Virus record (IMG/VR): IMGVR_UViG_3300032135_000023
Coordinates: 1-40,421 of that record
Strand: one strand, 5' to 3'
Source of the DNA: a virus
Taxonomy: Duplodnaviria; Caudoviricetes
Length of the DNA: 40,421 bases
Shown: in pieces, positions 1-7,949 of the stretch
Layout: every line of letters starts with the position of its first letter
Position numbering within the stretch: position 1 is the first letter of the stretch
Notes under the pieces: generated by a model
Seen by the model: the letters and a program-made list of their open reading frames with translations, nothing else
Databases searched by the model: none
What the model was told of the DNA's origin: nothing
Made by a program: the position numbers and the translations under genes

Positions 1-135
1 AGTGCCGCCTGCATGGGGTGCAAGTGCGCTAAGCCTGGATTGTTTAGGGCAAAATTAGGGCACTGCGGGGTCCGGCGCAGTCCGTTATTGGCTTGGCGGC
101 AGGGCAAGAACTTACGCAGTGCAGTGACACTACGT

Positions 136-164
136 TTGACAAGTGAAGCATAATGTTGCAAAAT
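136..164 (+). promoter_or_regulatory. putative sigma70-type promoter of the lysis cassette
   Basis: TTGACA (136-141), 17-bp spacer, CAAAAT (159-164), about 30 bp upstream of the first holin ATG. Confidence 0.55.
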
Positions 165-196
165 GTCGTTAAATTTGGGGTTGGGGGATCGTTGAT

Positions 197-556
197 ATGC
201 ACGAACAAAACGCCAGCACGGCAATCGTGCTGCTGACAGCGCTTGCGCTTTACGTGAACCCATATGTCGCAATCGGCGCTTCTTTCGGTTGCGTATTCTT
301 CTTGCAGTATCCGTCCGTCCTGTCGCTGGGGCGGCGGATAGCTCTGGCGTTCTTCAGCTGGGGGCTTGGGTATGCGACGGGCGTCTTCTGGTACGGGCAA
401 GGGCCACCTTGGGTGCCAGAAGGATTGCTACCTGCCTTGGCAGCGGCTGCGTTGGGTTCAGCAGTATTCACGGCTATGGCCGCGATGGTTGAAAAGGATG
501 GCAAGCTTCCAGATTGGCTTGAAGCTGTCATAAAATTATTCCCTTGGAGGCGCTGA
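197..556 (+). CDS. putative holin
   Basis: 119 aa, several hydrophobic TM-like stretches, basic C-terminus (WRR), first gene of the lysis cluster. Confidence 0.7.
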   Translation: MHEQNASTAIVLLTALALYVNPYVAIGASFGCVFFLQYPSVLSLGRRIALAFFSWGLGYATGVFWYGQGPPWVPEGLLPALAAAALGSAVFTAMAAMVEKDGKLPDWLEAVIKLFPWRR

Positions 557-560
557 GAAA

Positions 561-854
561 ATGGACGAGCTCACCATGATCGTCCGGCTTTGCGCTAATC
601 TTAGCGCATTCACTATTCTTATCAGTTACAAGGCAGGGCCGGGAGCGAAGTACAAGCCACTAGTGTCCTTCGCCTCTGTCCTGCTAGCCGGACTGTCTCT
701 TGCTATGGTCTTCGAGGTGGCCCTTCCGAGCCCGTGGGTCGGAGAGCTTACTGGTATGCTTTTGTCACTAGCGTTCCTCGCCGCATTACTTAGATGCCGC
801 GGCAACGTCGCTCACATAATTCGAGGATGCAAACATGGCAGTCATCAACGTTGA
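561..854 (+). CDS. second holin/antiholin-like membrane protein
   Basis: 97 aa, about 3 TM segments, 'RCRGNVAHI' C-terminus typical of small phage holins, overlaps the endolysin start. Confidence 0.65.
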   Translation: MDELTMIVRLCANLSAFTILISYKAGPGAKYKPLVSFASVLLAGLSLAMVFEVALPSPWVGELTGMLLSLAFLAALLRCRGNVAHIIRGCKHGSHQR

Positions 855-1392
855 TGCCGCTGGAGGCCCGAACGTGGTCGCCTTTCTTGACATGCTGGCT
901 TGGTCTGAAATAGGCCCGGCGATGCTGAGTCAATCCCAGGACGGATATAACCTGATCGTCGGCTCCCTGCCGGGGCGTCTGATCACGTTCAACGACTACT
1001 CTGACCATCCTCGCAAGTTGATCACGCTGAACAACCACGGCATAAAGTCCAGCGCGGCGGGCCGCTACCAGTTTCTGTCGCGCACTTGGGATTCTATTGT
1101 CCGCAACTACGGGTTCAAAGGCCGGTTCATACCTGAAGCGCAAGACCTTGCCGCGATAAAGTTGTTGAAGGAATGCGGCGCGCTCTCTCGCATCAAGGAA
1201 GGCCGTATCGCAGACGCTATACGCAAGGCCTCTCCGATCTGGGCAAGCCTTCCCGGCGCGGGGTACGGACAACTGGAGCACGACATGGCAAGGCTCCTCG
1301 ACATCTACGAAGAGGAAATGCCGCTTGTAGAAAGGCAGAGCGAGGTCGCTTTGGTGCAGTGTTTCCGTAATATGGGTGGTGTTGCGTCGTGA
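835..1392 (+). CDS. endolysin, lambda R-like lytic transglycosylase
   Basis: motifs AFLDMLAWSE, SSAAGRYQFL, QD..A..L, WASLPGAGYGQ. Confidence 0.92.
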   Translation: MAVINVDAAGGPNVVAFLDMLAWSEIGPAMLSQSQDGYNLIVGSLPGRLITFNDYSDHPRKLITLNNHGIKSSAAGRYQFLSRTWDSIVRNYGFKGRFIPEAQDLAAIKLLKECGALSRIKEGRIADAIRKASPIWASLPGAGYGQLEHDMARLLDIYEEEMPLVERQSEVALVQCFRNMGGVAS

Positions 1393-1880
1393 AGCTGCTC
1401 GCTGTGGTGGGGGCTGGCTCCGTTCTCGTGGGCTTGGCCCTTGGGTGGTGGACCACCTCCAACCACTGGAGCGCCAAGTACGCTGGGCTGGAATTAGCGC
1501 AATCCGAGGCAAGCTCTGTAGCCGTGACGGAAACGCTGGAAAAGCAGCAGGAAAAGCTCAAAGCGGCTCAAGTCGTGGAAGCGAAAGGGGAGAAGGCCAT
1601 TGCAGAAGTTAATTTGGACGCTGTTGCTGTCGTTGGTGGTGACGGTTCTGTTGATCGGGTGCGCGGCGAACTCAACGCGCTACGTCAGCGCACCACCCGT
1701 GATCTATCCAACGCTGCCACCCAGCGCCTTGCAGATCGACAGACCATCGGTGTGCTCGCCGACATGCTTGAAAGCTGTTCAAGCGTTGCAGGAGTCGTGG
1801 CAGAAGGATTTGAGCAGGCTAGGGCGAGAGGACTGACGTGCGAAGCGGCTTACTCAGCCGCCTTGCTTTCCTCGGAATAA
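1389..1880 (+). CDS. Rz-like inner-membrane spanin (i-spanin)
   Basis: N-terminal TM anchor, helical periplasmic region ending ARGLTCEAAY, follows the endolysin. Confidence 0.8.
   Translation: MKLLAVVGAGSVLVGLALGWWTTSNHWSAKYAGLELAQSEASSVAVTETLEKQQEKLKAAQVVEAKGEKAIAEVNLDAVAVVGGDGSVDRVRGELNALRQRTTRDLSNAATQRLADRQTIGVLADMLESCSSVAGVVAEGFEQARARGLTCEAAYSAALLSSE
1600..1836 (+). CDS. Rz1-like outer-membrane lipoprotein (o-spanin) embedded in Rz
   Basis: TTG start after GGGGAGAAGG, signal peptide with lipobox LLIG-C, Pro-rich mature region, in an alternate frame wholly inside Rz. Confidence 0.75.
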   Translation: MQKLIWTLLLSLVVTVLLIGCAANSTRYVSAPPVIYPTLPPSALQIDRPSVCSPTCLKAVQALQESWQKDLSRLGRED

Positions 1881-1882
1881 CC

Positions 1883-2752
1883 TCACTCCCCCAAGACCGC
1901 GATCCGTTGCAGAACCGTCTGCGCCTGCCCTTTGTAGTTGTCGTGAACCTTCACAGTCCCTTTGATTGAAAGCTCCTCACCAGCCTCGCCGCCGAACGAA
2001 GGCGACTTCACAACTAGGCACGCGCCGGTAGCCTTGTCAACCATGGTGGTGATATAAACACGCTCCACGGAAGAGTATGAGCCGAAGGCGGGGCGGTCGA
2101 AGTGAGCGCAACGCACAACCACCACGTCCAGAGTCAAGCGCTGCTTTTCCTTGCCTATTGTCAGAGTGGCATGCGGCACAGGTAGCAGGCGCGACTCGGG
2201 AACCACCGCGATGACAGCGTCAGAGATAGCGCGCATCAAGGTGCCGGCTTCGAAGTCCGTGCGCGCCAACCACGTCAGATAGTCACGAGGCGCATTCATG
2301 AAAGCCTCGCCTGCGTGCGGGCCGACGGGGAATTTGCCTTCAGCGATGGTGGCGTGGAGGGCCGCTGTGCGTGCTGCCTGCTCTGCCTCGTAAGCCTCTT
2401 GACGTTCTTGCACGACGCGCGCACGAGCTTCCATTTGCTCTGAAGTGCTACGGGTGATTTCGCGCATTTCACGAGTAAGCGTCTCTGTGTCGCTGGTCAA
2501 CTTCATCCCGGCCTTATCGGCGAAAACCTGCGCCTTGGCCAGCGCTTCCTCAAGGTCTTGCGACAAATTGAAGTGGTGCATGGAGCGGACTTCGTTGATC
2601 ACGCTGCCTTGGAAAACGCCGTTGTGAACCGAGCAGCCAAGGTCGCCACCGCCGCGCACGTATGAGGTGTGCATGTATGTCTCGCGGAGGGTGAAGAAAG
2701 CGCCGGTCTCGCCAACGCTGATGAACAGGTGAGGTGTGTAGCAAGCAGTCAT
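1883..2752 (-). CDS. hypothetical protein with an ExoX-C/DUF3820-like motif and a C-terminal OB-fold-like domain
   Basis: FPVGPHAG...PRDYLTWL motif; C-terminal 'IKGTVKVHDNYKGQAQTVLQR'; ATG at 2752 overlaps the upstream TAA (TAATG). Confidence 0.6.
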   Translation of the reverse strand: MTACYTPHLFISVGETGAFFTLRETYMHTSYVRGGGDLGCSVHNGVFQGSVINEVRSMHHFNLSQDLEEALAKAQVFADKAGMKLTSDTETLTREMREITRSTSEQMEARARVVQERQEAYEAEQAARTAALHATIAEGKFPVGPHAGEAFMNAPRDYLTWLARTDFEAGTLMRAISDAVIAVVPESRLLPVPHATLTIGKEKQRLTLDVVVVRCAHFDRPAFGSYSSVERVYITTMVDKATGACLVVKSPSFGGEAGEELSIKGTVKVHDNYKGQAQTVLQRIAVLGE

Positions 2753-2895
2753 TATACACCCCACACTTGAGTCATGTTGGCTTTAACTTCTGAAGTGGCG
2801 ACCCAAAGAACCCGCTTGGTCATAGGGCAAGTGTAGCGATAAACTTTGCTGACGTTGTTGGCGATGGCCCAGCTGATTGTCTGTTGCTTGCTCAT
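2752..2895 (-). CDS. small hypothetical protein (47 aa, MSKQQTISWAIANN...), not in the ORF track
   Basis: AAGGAAG RBS, first gene after the promoter at 2930-2958, stop coupled to the next ATG. Confidence 0.7.
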   Translation of the reverse strand: MSKQQTISWAIANNVSKVYRYTCPMTKRVLWVATSEVKANMTQVWGV

Positions 2896-2929
2896 GTCGG
2901 TGCTTCCTTGTTTCGTTTAATGTGTAGGT

Positions 2930-2976
2930 ATTATCTTCCCTTTTAACAGACAAAGCAACATTGTTTTGCAAAATAA
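2930..2976 (-). promoter_or_regulatory. leftward promoter with upstream palindrome (copy 1)
   Basis: minus strand TTGCTT-N17-GATAAT (2958..2930); TTGTTTTGCAAAATAA at 2961-2976. Confidence 0.8.
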
Positions 2977-2977
2977 T

Positions 2978-3214
2978 TCAGAAACGTCCAGTATTGCCGA
3001 TCCTCTGTAGTATTGGCTTGCAGTGAGGCTTGCAGAAAGCCTTGAGAGGGCCGTGGCCGCGCTTGCGTTTGCATTGGAATCCGTCTGACATCGCTTTGGC
3101 GCAACGCGTCGGGTCACCGGCCACGCCTTGCGAGCCCAGACCGTTGAGGAACCGGCTATAACGCCTCTGGTGGTGAGGCGTCAGCGCGGTAAGGTAAGGG
3201 GCCTCCCCATTCAT
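2978..3214 (-). CDS. hypothetical protein
   Basis: 78-aa ORF, Cys/His-rich C-terminal half, start overlaps the upstream stop. Confidence 0.55.
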   Translation of the reverse strand: MNGEAPYLTALTPHHQRRYSRFLNGLGSQGVAGDPTRCAKAMSDGFQCKRKRGHGPLKAFCKPHCKPILQRIGNTGRF

Positions 3215-3333
3215 TCACACCACGCCCACAGCAGGAACACCACGCCAGCGCTTGCCGCGGCTGTGTATCCAGTTGCGGCCCCTATCACTCCGAGGCTCAC
3301 GCCCCAAATCACCAACAATATTTGGTTTTCCAT
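3211..3333 (-). CDS. small membrane protein
   Basis: 40 aa, hydrophobic (MENQILLVIWGVSLGVIG...), GAGGG RBS. Confidence 0.55.
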   Translation of the reverse strand: MENQILLVIWGVSLGVIGAATGYTAAASAGVVFLLWAWCE

Positions 3334-3340
3334 AATCTGT

Positions 3341-3649
3341 CTACCCTCTTTTTCCGAGATGCCACCCGCCGCACTCATCGCAGAACTCCAAGCCAAGCAT
3401 CAAGCCGCGGCCCGTCTTCTTCATCTTGGAGAGAGCGTCATAAGCATGCCCGGTGGTTGAGAATTGTTTGCGTCCACGGCAAACCACGGGCGCTTTCATT
3501 ATGCTCGGTGATTCGAGCGCGTCGGCCTGCCGATCAAAGTCACGCGCGCGGCGCTCATCCTCCGAACGGGCTTGGGCGCTGTCTGCATAAATCTTATCGG
3601 CCCGGATGTTGGCCGCGGCCTTCCGGAACTTAGCTGCTTGCTCGCTCAT
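3341..3649 (-). CDS. hypothetical protein with a C-terminal zinc-finger-like motif
   Basis: C...EFCDECGGWHL motif; ATGA overlap with the upstream gene. Confidence 0.65.
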   Translation of the reverse strand: MSEQAAKFRKAAANIRADKIYADSAQARSEDERRARDFDRQADALESPSIMKAPVVCRGRKQFSTTGHAYDALSKMKKTGRGLMLGLEFCDECGGWHLGKRG

Positions 3650-4704
3650 TTGACTCTCCAGGTTGCCGCCGCCGCGAGAAGCTCGACAGCGTCTGCGTCA
3701 GGGGCGTTCGCACGAATCCACTCACGGACAACGTCCAGAGGGCTTTGGACGCGCACCAATTCGCTGGTCGCTTTCTTGTAGTCTGAGGAGTGGTTCAGTG
3801 AGTGATAGAAAGCCTCACCAACGTAGACTGTGTTGGTCATGCCGGACTTCACCAAACGATCCAACTCTTCCTGCGACTGGACGGCAACCGCGCCGGGATG
3901 CTTTTGCGTGAACAAGCGGAAGCAAGCCTCTGCGATGTCTGTTGTGGTTCCGTACTCAAGCATGGCAACGTCTGGGGCTTTGGCCTCTGCCATCGCAGCA
4001 ACTTCCTCTGGCCGCTGGGATTGCTTCCACATCTCACAGGTGAGCCACCTCAAGTTGAATCCGCTCACGGTCTGGCGGTCACGCTCCAATTCCACTCGTC
4101 CAGGCCTGGCGTCGTAGCCGTGAAGCATTTGCGTGTCGCAAACGAACAGGCCACCGACGAAGAACTTACCGGCATCACCCGGAAGGATAGCGCCGGAAGC
4201 AACTTCTATTCGCGCCGGGCTTGATTCACGCAAGGCAAGGCAACGCTCACGCAGCATGGCGACTTCTTCTTCCGTCAAGTCACCAACGTAGAAGGTCAAG
4301 TCAGGCGCTGCAATGCCGCGCGCTGATGCTCGGAACGCCAAGACTTCAGCCTCGAAGAACGGGTTGTGCCAGATGATCGGCTCCCAATCTTCCATGCCGT
4401 TGCGGATGACGACCATTTTGCCAGCGCGTATTAAGGCCAGCGCGCCCAACTTGTACCCTTCGCCGAACTTACCCCGATCACCCTCTCCTTTGGTGCTCTG
4501 GCCCATGAGCAGCGTGCGCTTGTCCAAGGTCGCTTCGTGAGACTTGATGGTGATGGCATACGACTCTCCACCCACCTGCGGCGAGATGTCCACAGAGAAC
4601 TCGCCGTGGTCCATGGCGTTTTGCAGGAACTCCCGCAAGCCTTCCCAAACGCCCCAAGAGCCGACATAGTCTGGCGTGATTGTTAACGGATAAATGTTGT
4701 TCAC
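3646..4704 (-). CDS. GHKL (HATPase_c) ATPase domain protein
   Basis: N box LREFLQNAMD, G boxes 'MGQSTKG..GKFGEGYKLG'. Confidence 0.8.
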   Translation of the reverse strand: MNNIYPLTITPDYVGSWGVWEGLREFLQNAMDHGEFSVDISPQVGGESYAITIKSHEATLDKRTLLMGQSTKGEGDRGKFGEGYKLGALALIRAGKMVVIRNGMEDWEPIIWHNPFFEAEVLAFRASARGIAAPDLTFYVGDLTEEEVAMLRERCLALRESSPARIEVASGAILPGDAGKFFVGGLFVCDTQMLHGYDARPGRVELERDRQTVSGFNLRWLTCEMWKQSQRPEEVAAMAEAKAPDVAMLEYGTTTDIAEACFRLFTQKHPGAVAVQSQEELDRLVKSGMTNTVYVGEAFYHSLNHSSDYKKATSELVRVQSPLDVVREWIRANAPDADAVELLAAAATWRVK

Positions 4705-5024
4705 AGTTCACCTCCATTGGCCACGCGGCAACACGCCATGCGGCAATAATTTCCGTCAGGATCGATTCCGTTCGGCCACACTTCACAGCCGCTTTCATCG
4801 GTCACGACGTCGACTCCGGCGTTCATACGACGAAGAATCTCACGCGCTTGCTTGCGTCTGTCGCTGCTGTTGCCGCGGAGTGTTAATGCTATCCCGAATC
4901 CCAAGTCATTATCCACGACGTGAAAGTCACGGCCTCTGCGCTTCAGGCGAAACCCTGTCGAGCCGCCTTCTTTGAAAAGGATCAGCTGACCGCCTTCGCG
5001 AAGGTAGTTCGGGTGCCTTTTCAC
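4701..5024 (-). CDS. hypothetical protein
   Basis: 107-aa ORF, 4-bp overlaps on both sides. Confidence 0.55.
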   Translation of the reverse strand: MKRHPNYLREGGQLILFKEGGSTGFRLKRRGRDFHVVDNDLGFGIALTLRGNSSDRRKQAREILRRMNAGVDVVTDESGCEVWPNGIDPDGNYCRMACCRVANGGEL

Positions 5025-5209
5025 CGGGCAACCCTCACCGTTGGATTGTAGTTGCGGAGCAGCGCGCGGTCACCCAGCTCTTCACGGCGCAGTTGAAGCC
5101 TTGCCGCGTTGCGTTCTTCTTGGGTTGGCAGCGCATTGGCCCGCCGCTCCTGCTGCACCTTGATCAATTCGTCACGATCCATCTTCATTGCCATTGGCTT
5201 TTTCATCAC
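5021..5209 (-). CDS. hypothetical protein
   Basis: basic helical ORF, GTGA overlap with the upstream stop. Confidence 0.55.
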   Translation of the reverse strand: MMKKPMAMKMDRDELIKVQQERRANALPTQEERNAARLQLRREELGDRALLRNYNPTVRVAR

Positions 5210-5397
5210 ACGCGCTCCGCTCTTGCAATCCAGCCTTTCCACCGCAGCGTCTGGCTGTAAGCCTCAAGCTTGCGGTGGGTCTGAGTTGGTAAATCCGAGG
5301 AACGGGTGGTTGCTTGATAAGCCTCCCCATTCCAAACTACGCCAGCGGGAACGGGGAATGCCCGCTCGAAGAACTGACGTTCCGTTTTGATATTCAC
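5206..5397 (-). CDS. hypothetical protein
   Basis: 'ERQFFERAFP...W.GW.ARA' pattern common in small phage proteins; GTGA coupling. Confidence 0.6.
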   Translation of the reverse strand: MNIKTERQFFERAFPVPAGVVWNGEAYQATTRSSDLPTQTHRKLEAYSQTLRWKGWIARAERV

Positions 5398-5639
5398 TCC
5401 TGCTCCCTCCAAGCCACGCCGGTCACCATGGAAAGCTCAAGCGCCGGGTTATCACTCATCGCGGCAGCGAGCACCATCTCACGGCGCTTCTCTGGCGAGA
5501 GCGCAGAGTTCAGGCCCGCCACGCTCGCCAGAGACTCAAAGTTGCCCCATTCGTCCTTGGCAGACACCTGCTGGAACCGCTGGTCGACGAATATCTTGAT
5601 CGTGCCGTTGGTGGTCTTACCGATGAATTGGCGAATCAT
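5394..5639 (-). CDS. hypothetical protein (MIRQFIGKTTNG...)
   Basis: AAGGAG RBS before the ATG at 5639; the longer ORF-track start overlaps another gene. Confidence 0.65.
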   Translation of the reverse strand: MIRQFIGKTTNGTIKIFVDQRFQQVSAKDEWGNFESLASVAGLNSALSPEKRREMVLAAAMSDNPALELSMVTGVAWREQE

Positions 5640-5663
5640 GACGTTCTCCTTGAAGTTGAGGAA

Positions 5664-5679
5664 GGAGGCCGAAGCCTCC
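5664..5679 (-). terminator. GC hairpin with UUCG loop (weak terminator or processing site)
   Basis: GGAGGC-TTCG-GCCTCC on minus, just after the 5689-5925 stop; poor U-tract. Confidence 0.45.
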
Positions 5680-5688
5680 CTCAGTTGA

Positions 5689-5925
5689 TCAATCCAATTC
5701 GTGCTCATGGATGGCGAAAATCGCGCCAGAGGCGTGAACGCCGACGACCTTTTCGTCGTGCCAAGTCCACTCGATGCAGCGAAGTATCTCGTCTTCCTCG
5801 TCGGCGCAAAGCTCAGCAACACGCGCTTCAAGAGCAGCTTTCGCAGCAGCGATCGAGAAGAACAACGGGGCCAGGACGGTGATTTCACCTTCAAACTCTT
5901 CAGCAGCGGAGTAAACTTTGGTCAT
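5689..5925 (-). CDS. small acidic hypothetical protein
   Basis: 78 aa, AAGGAA RBS, first gene after promoter copy 2. Confidence 0.7.
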   Translation of the reverse strand: MTKVYSAAEEFEGEITVLAPLFFSIAAAKAALEARVAELCADEEDEILRCIEWTWHDEKVVGVHASGAIFAIHEHELD

Positions 5926-5958
5926 TTCGGCGTTCCTTGTTTCGTTTAATGTGTAGCT

Positions 5959-6005
5959 ATTATCTTCCTTTTAATCATGCAAAGCAACATTATTTTGCAA
6001 AATAA
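5959..6005 (-). promoter_or_regulatory. leftward promoter with upstream palindrome (copy 2)
   Basis: TTGCTT-N17-GATAAT (5987..5959); perfect palindrome TTATTTTGCAAAATAA at 5990-6005. Confidence 0.85.
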
Positions 6006-6006
6006 C

Positions 6007-7542
6007 TTAAATTCCATTCATAATCGCGTCCGCCACGTTCTCCTTGCTCTGCAGAGAGTACGACACAGTCTCGTCAATTGAGTCTTCCGCGGCCAAGTCA
6101 ATGTACACGCAAGTCTTGGTTGTGCCGATGCGATGGTTGCGATCTTCAGACTGCAGCCTGTCTTCCAACGAGAATCCCTTGCTGTAATAAAACACCGTGC
6201 TGGCCGCGGTAAGCGTCAACCCGGTTCCGCCTGCGCGCGGGTGAGCGACGAAGGCTTGGGCGCTGCCCTCCTGGAATCGGTCGATCGCGGCCTCACGGTC
6301 ACCGTCCTTGACGTCGCCGTGATACTCAACGTATGTAATGCCAGCCTCTTCCAGCGCCTTCTTGATCAGCTTAATCTCGAACTTGAAAATGGACCAAACG
6401 ATGAACTTGCCGTCCACGTCAGGGATGAGGCTCTTGAACAGGTCGAGCCGGGGATTCTTGTCGTCAATGAACTCAGGCTCCTCATCCGTCAAGATGAACC
6501 CGCTGGCTATCTGCATCAACTTGCTGGCTTTGGTGAGCGCGCCGAATATGTCGATGAGGCCGTTCTGGCGCTCATAACGCAGTTCACCATCCAACAGATC
6601 ATAGACCTTGCGCTGGGCTGGCGTCATATCATAGAAGCGGGTCTTGTACACCTTCTTTGGCAGGTCAAGGCAATCGGCCTTTAACACCCGATAAGTTATC
6701 GGCGCCATCAACTGCTGCAGCTTGTCTAGGTTCTTCCACAGCGGCAAGCCATCCCGGCCTGTCTGCAGAATCTGCGGGGCAAACTTCAGAACCAAGTCGC
6801 GATATGCCTTGGGCTCTGGGGAGCCGTCTTCGTCGGTCGGCAAGCGTCGAACCGCGCCCACGAACTGCCTTGAGCGTTGAAGGGCGTGCTGCACAATCGG
6901 GCTCATCGGATCAAGCACGTGAGCGAACTCAGCAACGAATGCCCTGTAAGAAGTTGTCCCCAGCAACCCACCACCCGGCGAGAGGAACTCAAACTGCGAG
7001 AAGGCGTCCAGCGGCCCTTGTGAGATCATCGTTCCAGAGGATATGCGGCGTGAGCGGGCCAACTTGCCGAGCTTGATGGCGGCTTTGGTTCTGGCCGCGG
7101 TGCCTGTCTTGATCTTCTGGCTTTCGTCAACTACGACCACAGCCTCGTGGTGCATCAAGAATGTCTCAGCGAGCTTGAACCCGTCCTTGGTGTTGATGGA
7201 GTCGATGTTCATGCTGAATACGCAGAGCTTGCCCTCCACGGGCTTCATCACATTCTGCCAGCGCTTCTTCAACCGCGCGCCTGCGCCTGCCTTGTAATAG
7301 TCCTTCACGCAGTCGATGCTCATGTGCTTGGGAATCTCTCGCCGAATCCAGTTGCTGTGAACGCCTTTGGGCGCGATAACGAAGAGAGCCGTCACGTTGC
7401 CGTCCAGGAACTGGTCTTCCGCGTCCTTCAAAAGCATCCAAGTCTTCCCGGTTCCCTGCTCAGCAGCCAGAGCGAACGCCTTGCGGTTTTCTGCCATGCG
7501 CGCGCAACCAATGCTCTGGTGGCCCATTGGATCGGTTCTCAT
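6007..7542 (-). CDS. SNF2-family (SF2) DNA helicase
   Basis: Walker A EQGTGKT, VVDESQKIK, SGT, GGTGLTL, QSEDRNHRIG. Confidence 0.92.
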   Translation of the reverse strand: MRTDPMGHQSIGCARMAENRKAFALAAEQGTGKTWMLLKDAEDQFLDGNVTALFVIAPKGVHSNWIRREIPKHMSIDCVKDYYKAGAGARLKKRWQNVMKPVEGKLCVFSMNIDSINTKDGFKLAETFLMHHEAVVVVDESQKIKTGTAARTKAAIKLGKLARSRRISSGTMISQGPLDAFSQFEFLSPGGGLLGTTSYRAFVAEFAHVLDPMSPIVQHALQRSRQFVGAVRRLPTDEDGSPEPKAYRDLVLKFAPQILQTGRDGLPLWKNLDKLQQLMAPITYRVLKADCLDLPKKVYKTRFYDMTPAQRKVYDLLDGELRYERQNGLIDIFGALTKASKLMQIASGFILTDEEPEFIDDKNPRLDLFKSLIPDVDGKFIVWSIFKFEIKLIKKALEEAGITYVEYHGDVKDGDREAAIDRFQEGSAQAFVAHPRAGGTGLTLTAASTVFYYSKGFSLEDRLQSEDRNHRIGTTKTCVYIDLAAEDSIDETVSYSLQSKENVADAIMNGI

Positions 7543-7949
7543 TTCAACACCTCAAAAACGCCTTCCCAAGTATCCGCCAATGAAACCGCGGCCAGTTGCG
7601 CTGCCGTCATATCGTTCATGTGCTCAGCGTAGTCGCAATGCACGAGGAATATGCGCTTTTGGTTGTCGCGAATAAGCGTGAACACCGGCATGCGATAAGA
7701 CGCGGCCTTCATGTGCCAGTTGATCTGGTGCTTGTTCAAGCCTTCGTCACCAAGCAGGCGGGTGTTAGGATTGGCAGGCGCGTTCGGAGCCTTCAACTCA
7801 ACCTTGACTATGCGGCCCGTCTCTGCGTGCGCCACGTCAACGTCCGGCGTGCCAAAGCCCACGATGTTCTCGATACGCTCCATCCAGTAGCCGGGCGGGC
7901 GGTGAGTCTTAAAAGTATCCCACAGGCGTTGCTCTTCTTTGCGTTTCAT
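7539..7949 (-). CDS. PD-(D/E)xK nuclease (VRR-NUC/resolvase-like)
   Basis: RIEN..GFGTPD...VELK...Q..W motif; ATG overlaps the DnaE stop. Confidence 0.75.
   Translation of the reverse strand: MKRKEEQRLWDTFKTHRPPGYWMERIENIVGFGTPDVDVAHAETGRIVKVELKAPNAPANPNTRLLGDEGLNKHQINWHMKAASYRMPVFTLIRDNQKRIFLVHCDYAEHMNDMTAAQLAAVSLADTWEGVFEVLK

Noticed and set aside
5394-5894. 166-aa ORF as given in the track
   Set aside because: Its 5' part overlaps the 5689-5925 gene and a hairpin; the RBS supports a start at 5639
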